Numbered from the stretch's first letter, positions 1 through 8,299 are shown. The stretch: 64,000 bases of DNA from an uncultured bacterium (GCA_963740635.1 CAVUEQ010000003.1:97350-161349), one strand, 5' to 3'. The notes: generated from the sequence alone by a model not told the origin. Translations and numbers: made by a program.

Positions 1-1
1 C

Positions 2-433
2 TATCCCAGCCAGGTGGGGTACCGGCCCTACGCCGATGAGCTCGGCAGCCTGGTGTATGCCGGGTCGGATATTTTCCTGATGCCGAGCCTGTTTGAGCCG
101 AGCGGGCTGGGGCAGCTGGTGAGTTTGCGCTATGGCACAGTGCCGGTGGTGCGGCGGACCGGGGGCCTGGCCGACACCATCGCCGACTACAACCCGCGCA
201 ACCGCACCGGCAACGGGTTTGTATTCGACGAATACACGGGCGCGGCGCTGGCGGAGGCGATCTGGCGGGCGCTGGCGCTGTGGGCCGACAAGGAAAAATG
301 GTGGGACCTGATGCTTCGCAGTATGGCGCTGTCGTACTCGTGGGAGATCCCGGCCAAGAAGTACGTGCGGATTTATAAGGCCGCGATTAAGGAGAAGCAA
401 GGGGTGGCGTGGTCGATCCCGAAGCGGTGGTAG
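2..433 (+). CDS. glgA: glycogen/starch synthase (GT5), C-terminal fragment; 5' end outside the window
   Basis: The ORF is open to the left edge. The translation ..GSDIFLMPSLFEPSGLGQL..YGTVPVVRRTGGLADT.. is the conserved C-terminal region of ADP-glucose glycogen synthases. Confidence 0.85.
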   Translation, partial: YPSQVGYRPYADELGSLVYAGSDIFLMPSLFEPSGLGQLVSLRYGTVPVVRRTGGLADTIADYNPRNRTGNGFVFDEYTGAALAEAIWRALALWADKEKWWDLMLRSMALSYSWEIPAKKYVRIYKAAIKEKQGVAWSIPKRW

Positions 434-437
434 CTTC

Positions 438-1163
438 CTAGAAAGCTACTAGAGAAATGCCCGACAAGACTAAAAAGGCCATTACAATGCGCTTGAATGC
501 AACGTCATCTAGCTTCGAGTGAGCCTTTTGACCGAGCCAAACTGCTAACAGAAATCCTGGCAATACAACAAACGCGAGTGAAGCAATGTGTGCGTTGATG
601 GTACCGTTTAAGGTTAAAAGCGCAAACCTCAGGGTGTTGCCGATCCCAAGCGAACCAATGATTGTTGCCCGGATCACATTCGGCTGGCTGAGCTTGTTAT
701 AGATGTAGGTCACATAAAATGGGCTGCCACTGGAAAATAGGCCTGAAAACAACCCGGCAAAGAGTCCGAATATCCAGCCGAATTTTTGGAACTGCTTGAC
801 CTTGGCTTTGCCAATAAATTGGTGTGCCACATAAAAAAGAATGAATACGCCCAAGAGCTTGTTTAGGACAACTGGGCTGCCGTATTGCAATACCCAGACT
901 CCTATGAAGATACCGACAATACCGCCCCCGCTCAGCTCCAATACTGTTCGGCGATCCATCTCGTGCCAATGGCGGCGCGTCATGACTATGCTGAAAAGGA
1001 GCAGGTAGATTGAAATTAGTCCCACAGCTGCCTGCAGGCCAAGGAGGCGGGTGAGGATGGGTAGAGCAATGAGCGGGGCGGCGAATCCGATGACAGTTTG
1101 GACAAAGAAGCCGAGAGACAGGCTTAGAACTAATAACAGGATAGAAAGCGGCGAGAGATCCAT
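438..1163 (-). CDS. TSUP (TauE/SafE) family anion-exporter membrane protein
   Basis: 241-aa polytopic hydrophobic protein with an N-terminus typical of TauE/SafE permeases (..GFFVQTVIGFAAPLIALPIL..). Its GC is visibly lower than that of its neighbours. Confidence 0.7.
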   Translation of the reverse strand: MDLSPLSILLLVLSLSLGFFVQTVIGFAAPLIALPILTRLLGLQAAVGLISIYLLLFSIVMTRRHWHEMDRRTVLELSGGGIVGIFIGVWVLQYGSPVVLNKLLGVFILFYVAHQFIGKAKVKQFQKFGWIFGLFAGLFSGLFSSGSPFYVTYIYNKLSQPNVIRATIIGSLGIGNTLRFALLTLNGTINAHIASLAFVVLPGFLLAVWLGQKAHSKLDDVAFKRIVMAFLVLSGISLVAF

Positions 1164-1234
1164 AGTTAAGCTGAATTATACGCTTAAGATGCGTGCTGCC
1201 CAGAATATACCGGGAGAATTGGCCCGTGAAGCTA

Positions 1235-1307
1235 GGTTACCGAAATCCGGAGAGTGCCGGATAATTTGAGCTCAATTTTTCGCGAGGTGTCCGGGTTTCG
1301 GTATAGG
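1235..1307 (+). repeat. 73-nt hairpin-forming repeat, copy 1
   Basis: 70/73 identical to 1988-2060. The ends pair as a 14-bp stem (1238-1251 with 1290-1303, one G-U). The centre holds the palindrome TTGAGCTCAA. Confidence 0.85.
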
Positions 1308-1354
1308 CTGCGGGGGGAGTTTTCTACTCGGAACATTGAAAGGGCGGGTGATTT

Positions 1355-1383
1355 TTGACAAATCTTTGTATTTATGGTACTAT
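1355..1383 (+). promoter_or_regulatory. sigma70-type promoter (TTGACA-17 nt-TACTAT) for the 118-aa ORF
   Basis: Perfect -35 at 1355-1360, 17-nt spacer, TACTAT at 1378-1383. It lies 55 nt upstream of the AGGAGG + ATG at 1439. Confidence 0.6.
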
Positions 1384-1438
1384 CTTCGTTATCCCACCGG
1401 GATTCGCCCGGTGGCCGTACCCACCAGGAGGTCCAGAA

Positions 1439-1795
1439 ATGGACGCCATACAAGTAGCTCGGATGCTGTTTGACCGACAAGTCGGCTCTAGCATCACCTT
1501 GCCACACGCCGAATTTTTTTCACTGGCGTTCGATAGGGGCGACCCCAAGTTCCCTGCCCGCCTAGCCAGTCTGATTGCCGAAATGTCCTACCAGGGCAAG
1601 GCCATCTACGCTGTCGTGGTTACGACGTACACCGAAGGTGACTACTATTCCGCTACGGCGGAGGCAGTCGCCAAGGTGACGTCGAACGAGGCGCTTGATG
1701 CGTGGCTCGAATACGCCGACGCTAGCTACGAGAACGATGGTTTTGACTACGGCTGGTACATGGCGTACTACGCCGCACCGTCTGACCTGCTCTAA
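1439..1795 (+). CDS. hypothetical protein (118 aa), no recognisable family
   Basis: ATG preceded by AGGAGG (1426-1431) with 7-nt spacing. It has its own promoter and terminator. The 146-aa track ORF (1355-1795) was trimmed to this start. Confidence 0.55.
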   Translation: MDAIQVARMLFDRQVGSSITLPHAEFFSLAFDRGDPKFPARLASLIAEMSYQGKAIYAVVVTTYTEGDYYSATAEAVAKVTSNEALDAWLEYADASYENDGFDYGWYMAYYAAPSDLL

Positions 1796-1926
1796 CCGGC
1801 TCGCGTAGCCGGACATTGCACGTAGCTCGACCTGGAGCTTGACCGCAAGACCTTGTCGCATGACCGTGAAAGACGGGCCGTTTGGGCACGAGCACGACAT
1901 TTGGCAAAACTGCACCACCTGGAATA

Positions 1927-1972
1927 CCCGGCGCCCTCGCTCTACGAGGGGACAACGCCGGGATTTTTCTTT
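1927..1972 (+). terminator. intrinsic terminator after the 118-aa ORF
   Basis: CCCGGCG (1927-1933) pairs with CGCCGGG (1956-1962) and is followed by ATTTTTCTTT. Confidence 0.6.
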
Positions 1973-1987
1973 GTGGGCGTCTGGCGG

Positions 1988-2060
1988 GGTTACCGAAATC
2001 CGGAGAGTGCCGGATAATTTGAGCTCAATTTTGCGGGAGGTGTCCGGGTTTCGGTATGGG
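1988..2060 (+). repeat. 73-nt hairpin-forming repeat, copy 2
   Basis: Direct repeat of 1235-1307. It differs by 3 substitutions, all outside the 14-bp stem. Confidence 0.85.
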
Positions 2061-2153
2061 TATACGAAGGGGGTATTCGGCAAGTAACATTAATCGAGCG
2101 CACAGACGGGCTGAGCTTATTTTGGTAAACTTGACCAGGTAACGGGTACTGTC

Positions 2154-3656
2154 GTGTTCTGGGCAACTTTACTGCATTATTACCAGCCATATAAGCAAAA
2201 ACGCGAGATAATCGATGCGATTGTGGCGCAGTGCTACCGGCCGGTGGCTGAGGGGATTTTGGCTGAGCCGGGCGCAGCGGTAACGATAAATTTTACGGGG
2301 GTGCTGCTCGACCAGCTGGCGGAATACGGGTACGGCGAGGTGATCGACATGTACGCGGAGGCGGCACGGCTGGGCCGGGTGGAATTTGTGGGCTCGAGCA
2401 AGTACCACACTACATTGGCGCTGATGGAGCCGGCGGAGGCGCTGCGGCAGTTGGAGCTCGATGACGAGGCGGGGCGGCGGCATTTTGGGAACGCGTACGA
2501 GCGGCAGGGGATTTTTTTGCCGGAGATGGCCTGGCACCCGAAGCTGGCGCCGGTGCTGGAGGCGGCCGGGTTTGAGTGGGTGATGCTGGATGAACTGGCC
2601 TGCAATGGCAAAATCGGCGCGGTGGATTATGCGTTGCGGTACAAGGTGGAGGGTACGTCGCTGGGGGTGCTGTTTCGGGAGCACCGGCTGAGCGCGACCA
2701 TTATGAGCGCCGGGCCGCGCGACACGGGTGAGCTGAAGAAGGCGGCGGGGACCGCATTGCACGAGCGGCGGATGATCGTGACGGCCATGGACGGCGAGAC
2801 GTTCGGGCACCACCGGGTGGGCCACGAGCAGCTGCTGTTTGGGATGTTCCGCGACCCGGAGATTAATCTGGTGCGGGCGAGCGATCTGCTAACGGAATTT
2901 GCCGATGCGCCGGTGGTGACCGTGCCGACGGTGGCGTGCACCTGGGCTTCTAGCGAGTATGACATTGAGCGCGGCACGCAATTTATTTCGTGGGACGACC
3001 CCGACAATGAAATCCACCGGCTGCAATGGGAGCTGATGAATTTGGTGACGAATGCGGTGCATGAGGCCGACCACAAGGCGCCCGGCTATGAGGTGGCCCG
3101 AGCTAAGCTCGATCCGGCGCTGGCCAGCGACCAATTTTTTTGGGCGACGGCCAAGCCGTGGTGGATGGTCGAGCAGATTGAATTTGGGGCCTACATGCTG
3201 CTCGACACGCTGGAGCATATGCCGGGAGTGGGCCCCGACGTAGTGCAACGGGGGCTCGACCTGTACCGGCAGATAATGTGGCTCGCCTACGAGTGGCAGC
3301 GCGGCGGCAAGGTGGACGAAATTGTGAGCTCGGGCCGGGATGACGTGGTGCGTATTCCGCTGCGTGAATGGACGCTGGAGAGCGGCGGGCGGGAGAACGT
3401 GGTTTGGCATGCGTATATGGACCTGATGCGCGGCGAGGAGAAGGCCGCCGTGAAGCGCGGGGATTATGAGGCGGCAATTTTATGGCGCGACGCGGTGTAC
3501 AAGCTCGAGCACAAGCTAGATATTTACGACGCCTGGTACGCCACTGACATGCTGAAGGCCAAGCTGCCGAACCGGCGGGTGCAGGAAACTATCGATGAAT
3601 ATAAGGCGCAATACGACCACATCCGCGGCGGGCAGGTGGAGCAGCGGTCGAATTAG
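2154..3656 (+). CDS. glycoside hydrolase family 57 protein (alpha-glucan-active enzyme)
   Basis: 500 aa. The N-terminal ..LLHYYQPY.. and ..MDGETFGHH.. motifs are typical of GH57. It lies between glgA and glgP. Confidence 0.8.
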   Translation: MFWATLLHYYQPYKQKREIIDAIVAQCYRPVAEGILAEPGAAVTINFTGVLLDQLAEYGYGEVIDMYAEAARLGRVEFVGSSKYHTTLALMEPAEALRQLELDDEAGRRHFGNAYERQGIFLPEMAWHPKLAPVLEAAGFEWVMLDELACNGKIGAVDYALRYKVEGTSLGVLFREHRLSATIMSAGPRDTGELKKAAGTALHERRMIVTAMDGETFGHHRVGHEQLLFGMFRDPEINLVRASDLLTEFADAPVVTVPTVACTWASSEYDIERGTQFISWDDPDNEIHRLQWELMNLVTNAVHEADHKAPGYEVARAKLDPALASDQFFWATAKPWWMVEQIEFGAYMLLDTLEHMPGVGPDVVQRGLDLYRQIMWLAYEWQRGGKVDEIVSSGRDDVVRIPLREWTLESGGRENVVWHAYMDLMRGEEKAAVKRGDYEAAILWRDAVYKLEHKLDIYDAWYATDMLKAKLPNRRVQETIDEYKAQYDHIRGGQVEQRSN

Positions 3657-3911
3657 TTTTTACTTGTAAAGAGTGGTCTACGGGTTTGGAAATATTCGGT
3701 TGCCCATCGCGCAGGGGTGTTCTACTATATGGAATTTGCTACCATTTTTGAGCGTAAAATTTCGCGATAATTCCTTATACTGGAACACCTCTATAGAGGG
3801 GATGTTTCGAAATATCAGCGGCGGACATGGGTAATTTGAAGTTATAAGTATGTCTCAAGGACACGTTCTACGGAATAGCATATAGTTAAGTTAGACAAGC
3901 AAAGGACCCTC

Positions 3912-5555
3912 ATGACCGACCCGACCGTCGCCTACTTTTCGGCTGAGTATGCCATAGCCGACGACATGCCGATCTACGCCGGGGGCTTAGGGGTACTGGC
4001 GGCGGATACGGTACTGGAGGCCGGCGCGCAAAACCGGGAGTTTTATGCACTGGGGCTGGTGTACCACCTGGCGTTTACGGGGTCGGATCCGGACCAGCGC
4101 ACCATGAACGAGCGGCTGGTGGGCAATGGGTTCGAGGTGGCGAAGGATGCTTCAGGAAAGCCAATCAACGCCACTGTGCACGTGGCGGACCGCACGGTTA
4201 TTTTGCAATGCTGGGTGAAAAAGTGGGGCCGCACGCGGCTGCTGCTGCTAGACACCAACTTGGACCAGAACGACCCGCGCGACCGGGCGATTTGCGACCG
4301 GCTGTACGCCAGCGACCCCAACCTGCAGCTGGCCCAGGAGATTTGCCTCGGGTTCGGCGGGGTAGCAATGATGGAGGAGTTGGGGCTGGAGCCCGACGTC
4401 TACCACCTCAACGAGGGCCACACGGCCATGGCCGGCCTGGCGGTGGCACTGCGGGCGCTGGAGACCAGCCCCGGCATCCTGAACCTGGATATGGCGGTGG
4501 CGAAAGTCAGGCGCCGGCTGGTGGGCACCAAGCACACGATACTGGCCGGCGCCGGCATTTTGCTCGACTGGGGCAGCATGACACGCCAGCTCGGGCCGAT
4601 GCTGACGGCGCACGGAGCATCGGTCGACGAGCTGCGCGGAATGGCCGGGCTGCCCAACGGGGATTATTCCGATACCCGGCTGATGATCGAGCTGACCCAC
4701 CTGGCCAGCGGCGTGTCGAAAATCCATGTGGCCGAAGAACTGGAGGCGCACTCCAACAGCCGGCTGATCCCGATTACCAACGGCGTGTACCGGGGGCGGT
4801 GGGTGGCCGAAAACTGGGGCGACCAGCCGCTGGAATTGGGTGATGCCGAGATTTGGGCGAAGCACAGCCAAAATCGCCGTAACCTGTTCGGCATGATCAA
4901 AACCCAAACCGGTGACCAGCTCGACCCGGACCGGCTGACGGTGGTGTGGTCGCGGCGGATGGCGGCCTACAAGCGGCCGGAACTTTTGGCGAGCGACCTG
5001 GGGCGGCTCGAGGCCCTGGTGCGCCACCAGACGCACCCCGTGCAGTTCGTGGTGGCGGGGCGGGCCAACCCGTCCGACGCGGTGGGCACCGAGCTGATGA
5101 ACCGGGTGATTGCGGCGTCGAAGCGGCCGGCGCTGGCCAAGCATTTTGCCTACCTGCCGCGCTACAACCCGGCGACGGCCAAGCTGCTGGTGCGCGGTGC
5201 CGACCTGTGGCTCAACACGCCGATTCGCGGCTACGAGGCGTGCGGAACCAGTGGCATGAAGGCCAGCCTCAACGGCGCGCTGCAGTTTTCGACCTCGGAC
5301 GGCTGGCTCGACGAGGTGAAGCTGGCCGAGATCGGGTGGCGGCTGCCCGTGGAACGCGCGGCGGCGGAACTATACGAGCGGCTGGAAGACGACATTGCGC
5401 CCATGTTTTACGAGCGCGGCGCCGACGGACTGCCACGGGAGTGGATCAAGCTGATGCGGGCAAACATGAAGCTGGTGGCGGACCAATTTACCGCGACCCG
5501 GATGCTTTCGGAATATTACTCTAAATTGTACGCGCCTCAAGCTTCGTTTGATTAG
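3912..5555 (+). CDS. glgP: alpha-glucan (glycogen) phosphorylase family protein, GT35
   Basis: 547 aa. YFSAEYAI..PIYAGGLGVLAAD..HLNEGHTA.. and the C-terminal ..TSGMKASLNG.. match alpha-glucan family phosphorylases. Confidence 0.9.
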   Translation: MTDPTVAYFSAEYAIADDMPIYAGGLGVLAADTVLEAGAQNREFYALGLVYHLAFTGSDPDQRTMNERLVGNGFEVAKDASGKPINATVHVADRTVILQCWVKKWGRTRLLLLDTNLDQNDPRDRAICDRLYASDPNLQLAQEICLGFGGVAMMEELGLEPDVYHLNEGHTAMAGLAVALRALETSPGILNLDMAVAKVRRRLVGTKHTILAGAGILLDWGSMTRQLGPMLTAHGASVDELRGMAGLPNGDYSDTRLMIELTHLASGVSKIHVAEELEAHSNSRLIPITNGVYRGRWVAENWGDQPLELGDAEIWAKHSQNRRNLFGMIKTQTGDQLDPDRLTVVWSRRMAAYKRPELLASDLGRLEALVRHQTHPVQFVVAGRANPSDAVGTELMNRVIAASKRPALAKHFAYLPRYNPATAKLLVRGADLWLNTPIRGYEACGTSGMKASLNGALQFSTSDGWLDEVKLAEIGWRLPVERAAAELYERLEDDIAPMFYERGADGLPREWIKLMRANMKLVADQFTATRMLSEYYSKLYAPQASFD

Positions 5556-6009
5556 CGTGGGTTATGGCGATGGCCAACCCATCGGCGGCGTCGTCGGGCT
5601 TGGGGAGGTGTGGTAATTTTAGCAACGTCTTGACCATGGCCTGAATTTGGGGCTTTTTGGCGCCGCCAAATCCGGTGGTGGCTTGTTTGATTTGCATGGG
5701 GGTGTACTCGGCCGGTATGAGGCCGGCCTCGGCCAGGGTCAACAGGATAACACCTCTGGCCTGGCCGACGCTGATGGCGGTTGTGACATTGGTGGCGAAG
5801 AACAGCTGCTCGACGGCCGCCTGATCGGGAGCGGTTTCGGCGATTACCTGCGCGAGCTCGGTGTGCAGCGTGACCAGGCGCTCGGGCATGGGCGCGCCGG
5901 CCGGGGTGGTGATGACGCCCGCATCCACGAAGGTGAGACGGCCGCCGGCCACTTCGATGATGCCAAAGCCGGTGGTGGCGGTGCCGGGGTCTACGCCGAT
6001 GATCCTCAT
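5521..6009 (-). CDS. ruvC: crossover junction endodeoxyribonuclease RuvC
   Basis: The MRIIGVDPGTATTGFGIIE.. N-terminus is the RuvC signature. The track ORF was trimmed from 6102 to the ATG at 6009. It overlaps the glgP 3' end convergently. Confidence 0.9.
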   Translation of the reverse strand: MRIIGVDPGTATTGFGIIEVAGGRLTFVDAGVITTPAGAPMPERLVTLHTELAQVIAETAPDQAAVEQLFFATNVTTAISVGQARGVILLTLAEAGLIPAEYTPMQIKQATTGFGGAKKPQIQAMVKTLLKLPHLPKPDDAADGLAIAITHANQTKLEARTI

Positions 6010-6084
6010 GTAACTGATCATACTACTAACGGTAATTAGGTTGGCGGGTGGTCCTACCGTGTCTGGGAATATTGTTTGGGCGCA

Positions 6085-6127
6085 ACTAGGTATTCCAATC
6101 ACCTAGTGAGTGATTGGAATACCTAGT
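6085..6127. repeat. perfect 18-bp inverted repeat (hairpin) between the toroid-protein gene and ruvC
   Basis: ACTAGGTATTCCAATCAC-ctagtga-GTGATTGGAATACCTAGT. A T-run follows only on the plus strand, where no gene ends. Confidence 0.7.
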
Positions 6128-6151
6128 TTTGGACGTTTGATGTGGCTTGGT

Positions 6152-7444
6152 TTAGCGGTTGCGGGCGCGGGCGAAGTGCAGGCGAACAGCCAAGCCAGTG
6201 AGGGCAGCAATGACTGCAGCCATTAGAAGCAGGATCAAATTCGAGACTACACCCACGGCGGGGAGGGTACTGGACCCCAGGACCGTGCCGGTGGCGCTAG
6301 CAGGCGGGGTGGTGGAGGCGCCGAGGACCGAACCGGCCGGGGTGGGGCTGGGTGTGGGAGTCACGCTCGGACTGGGCGATGGGCTGGGGCTGGGAGACCG
6401 CGACTGCAAGTTGATGTCGTCGCCCTGGCCGGGCAGGAGGCCGGCGTAGACGCTGAGCGGGAATTGGCCGCCGGCGAGGGCGGTGACGGCCGGGGTGGTG
6501 TCGAACACGTCGCCGGCAGCGGGCGCCTGGTACGGGAAGCTGCCGTCGGCGGATTGGGCGGCGCGGATGTAGGCCTGGGCGTTGGTGCCGGCGGGCGCGT
6601 TGGCTTGGCCGAGCGCGTCGAAGGCCATCACGACCCAACTGGTACTGGAGACGTCGGAGACCGGGCCGCCCCAGGCGGGAGGCGTGAGCGGGTCGTACGG
6701 GAAGCCGCCGTCGGCGTTTTGGGTGCCGAGCAGGTAGCTGGTGGCGTTGGTGAGGGCGGTGGTGACAGCGGTGCTGGCGAGGCCGGCGTTTTGCAGGGCC
6801 TTAAGCGCCATGATGGCCGCGGCGGTGTCGTTGGTGTCGGAGCCGGTGGCCGGGTCGGTGGTGTAGCTGAAGCCGCCGTCGGCGTGCTGAGCAGCCAGCA
6901 CGAAAGCCAGCGCGTCGGTGAGCACGGTGTCGGACAGGCTGTCGCGGGCGGCGCTCAAAGCTATGAGGCCGAAGAGGTCATCGTTGACGGCGGTGGCGCT
7001 GCCGATCTGGCCGGAGGCGGCGAAGGTCTTGAGGTGCGCCACATAGTCGGTTCCGCCGAAATTGTACGGATTCTGGCCGTCGGCCGTGATGGCGATGATA
7101 CTGCGCTCCCAGTCGGTGGCGGCGGCTGCGGCGCCGGGCGCGTTGGCGGCCAGGTGCGCGCGCAGGCTGGTGCCGCCGCTGGTGTGGACGGTGCTGAGGT
7201 CGAAGCCGGCGGCGCTCAAAGCCACAGCCGACCAGCCGGTCTCGGAGGCTGAGGCCCCGATGTGGCCGTCGGCGGCCTGCTGGGTTTGCAAATAGGCCGC
7301 ACCGTTGGCGACCGGCGTTTGGTTATCGGCGCTAATCGCAAAGGCATTTTCGGCAGGGGCTAAAGCCAAAGCAAGGACGGGAACGATCACCGAGATTTTT
7401 GATAGTGTTTTCAAGAACGTTCTCCTGATTATTGATGCTTCCAT
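6152..7444 (-). CDS. secreted prenyltransferase/squalene-oxidase-repeat (alpha/alpha toroid) protein with LPxTG-like C-terminal anchor
   Basis: Signal peptide, then repeated ..QxADGGFxY.. units typical of terpenoid-cyclase/prenyltransferase-like repeats. A PSPSPSPSPS linker follows, then LPAVG + hydrophobic helix + RARNR tail. Confidence 0.7.
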   Translation of the reverse strand: MEASIIRRTFLKTLSKISVIVPVLALALAPAENAFAISADNQTPVANGAAYLQTQQAADGHIGASASETGWSAVALSAAGFDLSTVHTSGGTSLRAHLAANAPGAAAAATDWERSIIAITADGQNPYNFGGTDYVAHLKTFAASGQIGSATAVNDDLFGLIALSAARDSLSDTVLTDALAFVLAAQHADGGFSYTTDPATGSDTNDTAAAIMALKALQNAGLASTAVTTALTNATSYLLGTQNADGGFPYDPLTPPAWGGPVSDVSSTSWVVMAFDALGQANAPAGTNAQAYIRAAQSADGSFPYQAPAAGDVFDTTPAVTALAGGQFPLSVYAGLLPGQGDDINLQSRSPSPSPSPSPSVTPTPSPTPAGSVLGASTTPPASATGTVLGSSTLPAVGVVSNLILLLMAAVIAALTGLAVRLHFARARNR

Positions 7445-8109
7445 GTGACAATCGATCCGTCGATGGGCTGCATTGACCCTGCGTAGGTACAGCCATAAAT
7501 ATTCCCATTAGGGGGACTACCGTTTTTTACACCGTATTCCCACCCTGAGACACCGTTTATTTCCTCCACAAAGAGGCTTTTTAAGGAAGCGTACTTGTCG
7601 GTGATAGTGACAGAGCTAATCTCGCCTTCTCGCTTGGCTTCTTCGAGTACCGTGCAGGCATTTGCTCCTGATAGGAGTTCAACCAAATACGACGAGCTCG
7701 CCTGGCCAATGGTCACGATCAATGTGACACGAGGCGATGGCGTGGGTGTGGCTGGATTTACAACACGTGTCTGGGTCCGCGTTTGGGCGGGTGTGGGCGC
7801 GGTGGAGGCACCGGCAACCGCCGGCAAGGCTGTGGGCGCTGGTGAAGGCGACGGATTATCTGACGCTTCCGGCGTGGCCAACGGTGAGGGGTTCGAATCT
7901 GGAGTGACTGCTGTGTGTGTAGGCAAGAGCGTGAGCGGGTGGTGCGGCGAGCGGGCCAGGGCCGCGGCCCCGCCGAGCCCAGCCACGGCCACAACCGCTA
8001 GCAGCAGTCGGGCCGGCTTCACTTTTAATCGCCTGAACATAAAATCCCCCACATCCATGCGGAGTTGAGGGTTCCAGAAAGCGAAAAAGCTTCCCGGAAG
8101 AGAAGCCAT
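7429..8109 (-). CDS. DUF4430 (transcobalamin-like C-terminal beta-domain) protein, secreted or membrane-anchored
   Basis: The C-terminal ..EEINGVSGWEYGVKNG...DGSIVTWKH matches the DUF4430 pattern. N-terminal TM/signal and Pro/Thr linker. It overlaps the downstream gene by 16 nt. Alternative start at 8040. Confidence 0.7.
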   Translation of the reverse strand: MASLPGSFFAFWNPQLRMDVGDFMFRRLKVKPARLLLAVVAVAGLGGAAALARSPHHPLTLLPTHTAVTPDSNPSPLATPEASDNPSPSPAPTALPAVAGASTAPTPAQTRTQTRVVNPATPTPSPRVTLIVTIGQASSSYLVELLSGANACTVLEEAKREGEISSVTITDKYASLKSLFVEEINGVSGWEYGVKNGSPPNGNIYGCTYAGSMQPIDGSIVTWKHQ

Positions 8110-8258
8110 AGCGGCGAACTCTTTCCTTTAATCCGAAGGATAAGCGTTTGCCATGAGGGTGCGGTCCGGCTTTACGGTAGCGGTACTGCTCTGAATTTCA
8201 CAGATGCTCGCCTCATGGCGGTTTGCGTTGTTAAACCGATCAACTCACTCGGTCGGTA
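8110..8258 (-). promoter_or_regulatory. candidate cobalamin (B12) riboswitch leader
   Basis: The closing helix GCCATGAGG (8219-8211)/CCTCATGGC (8158-8150) encloses UGUGAAAUUCA, GCAGUACCGCUACCGUAA and AAGCCGGACCGCAC, which resemble the cobalamin core and B12 box. A UCCUU/AAGGA hairpin (8140-8124) can mask the SD. Confidence 0.45.
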
Positions 8259-8264
8259 TGTCTG

Positions 8265-8293
8265 ATAGTATGGCCCGCTTGCTGCGCTGTCAA
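8265..8293 (-). promoter_or_regulatory. sigma70-type promoter TTGACA-17 nt-TACTAT for the riboswitch-led operon
   Basis: The minus strand reads TTGACA (8293-8288), a 17-nt spacer, then TACTAT (8270-8265). It starts immediately after the yebC-family stop codon. Confidence 0.6.
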
Positions 8294-8299
8294 GGACAG

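Noticed and set aside
1235-2060. The 73-nt repeats as integron attC sites flanking a gene cassette
   Set aside because: The ends do not match the attC R''/R' consensus (RYYYAAC/GTTRRRY). The enclosed ORF has its own promoter, unlike integron cassettes. No intI gene is nearby.
3756-3768. 13-mer AAAATTTCGCGAT shared between the GH57-glgP spacer and 13867-13879
   Set aside because: A single shared 13-mer pair is within chance expectation for 64 kb on two strands, and there is no flanking similarity.
4208-5144. Long ORFs inside or antisense to glgP (211 aa on plus, 298 aa on minus, and others)
   Set aside because: Their translations are Arg/Pro/Gly/Ala-rich low-complexity strings typical of off-frame reading of high-GC coding DNA. 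The glgP frame has clear family motifs.
6330-6420. Tandem-repeat-looking DNA (GGGCTGGG.., PSPSPSPS; similar TPTPTP/PAPAP runs at 22545-22800, 29575-29700 and 31230-31480)
   Set aside because: These are in-frame Pro/Ser/Thr/Ala linker regions of surface proteins, not independent satellite or CRISPR-like repeats.
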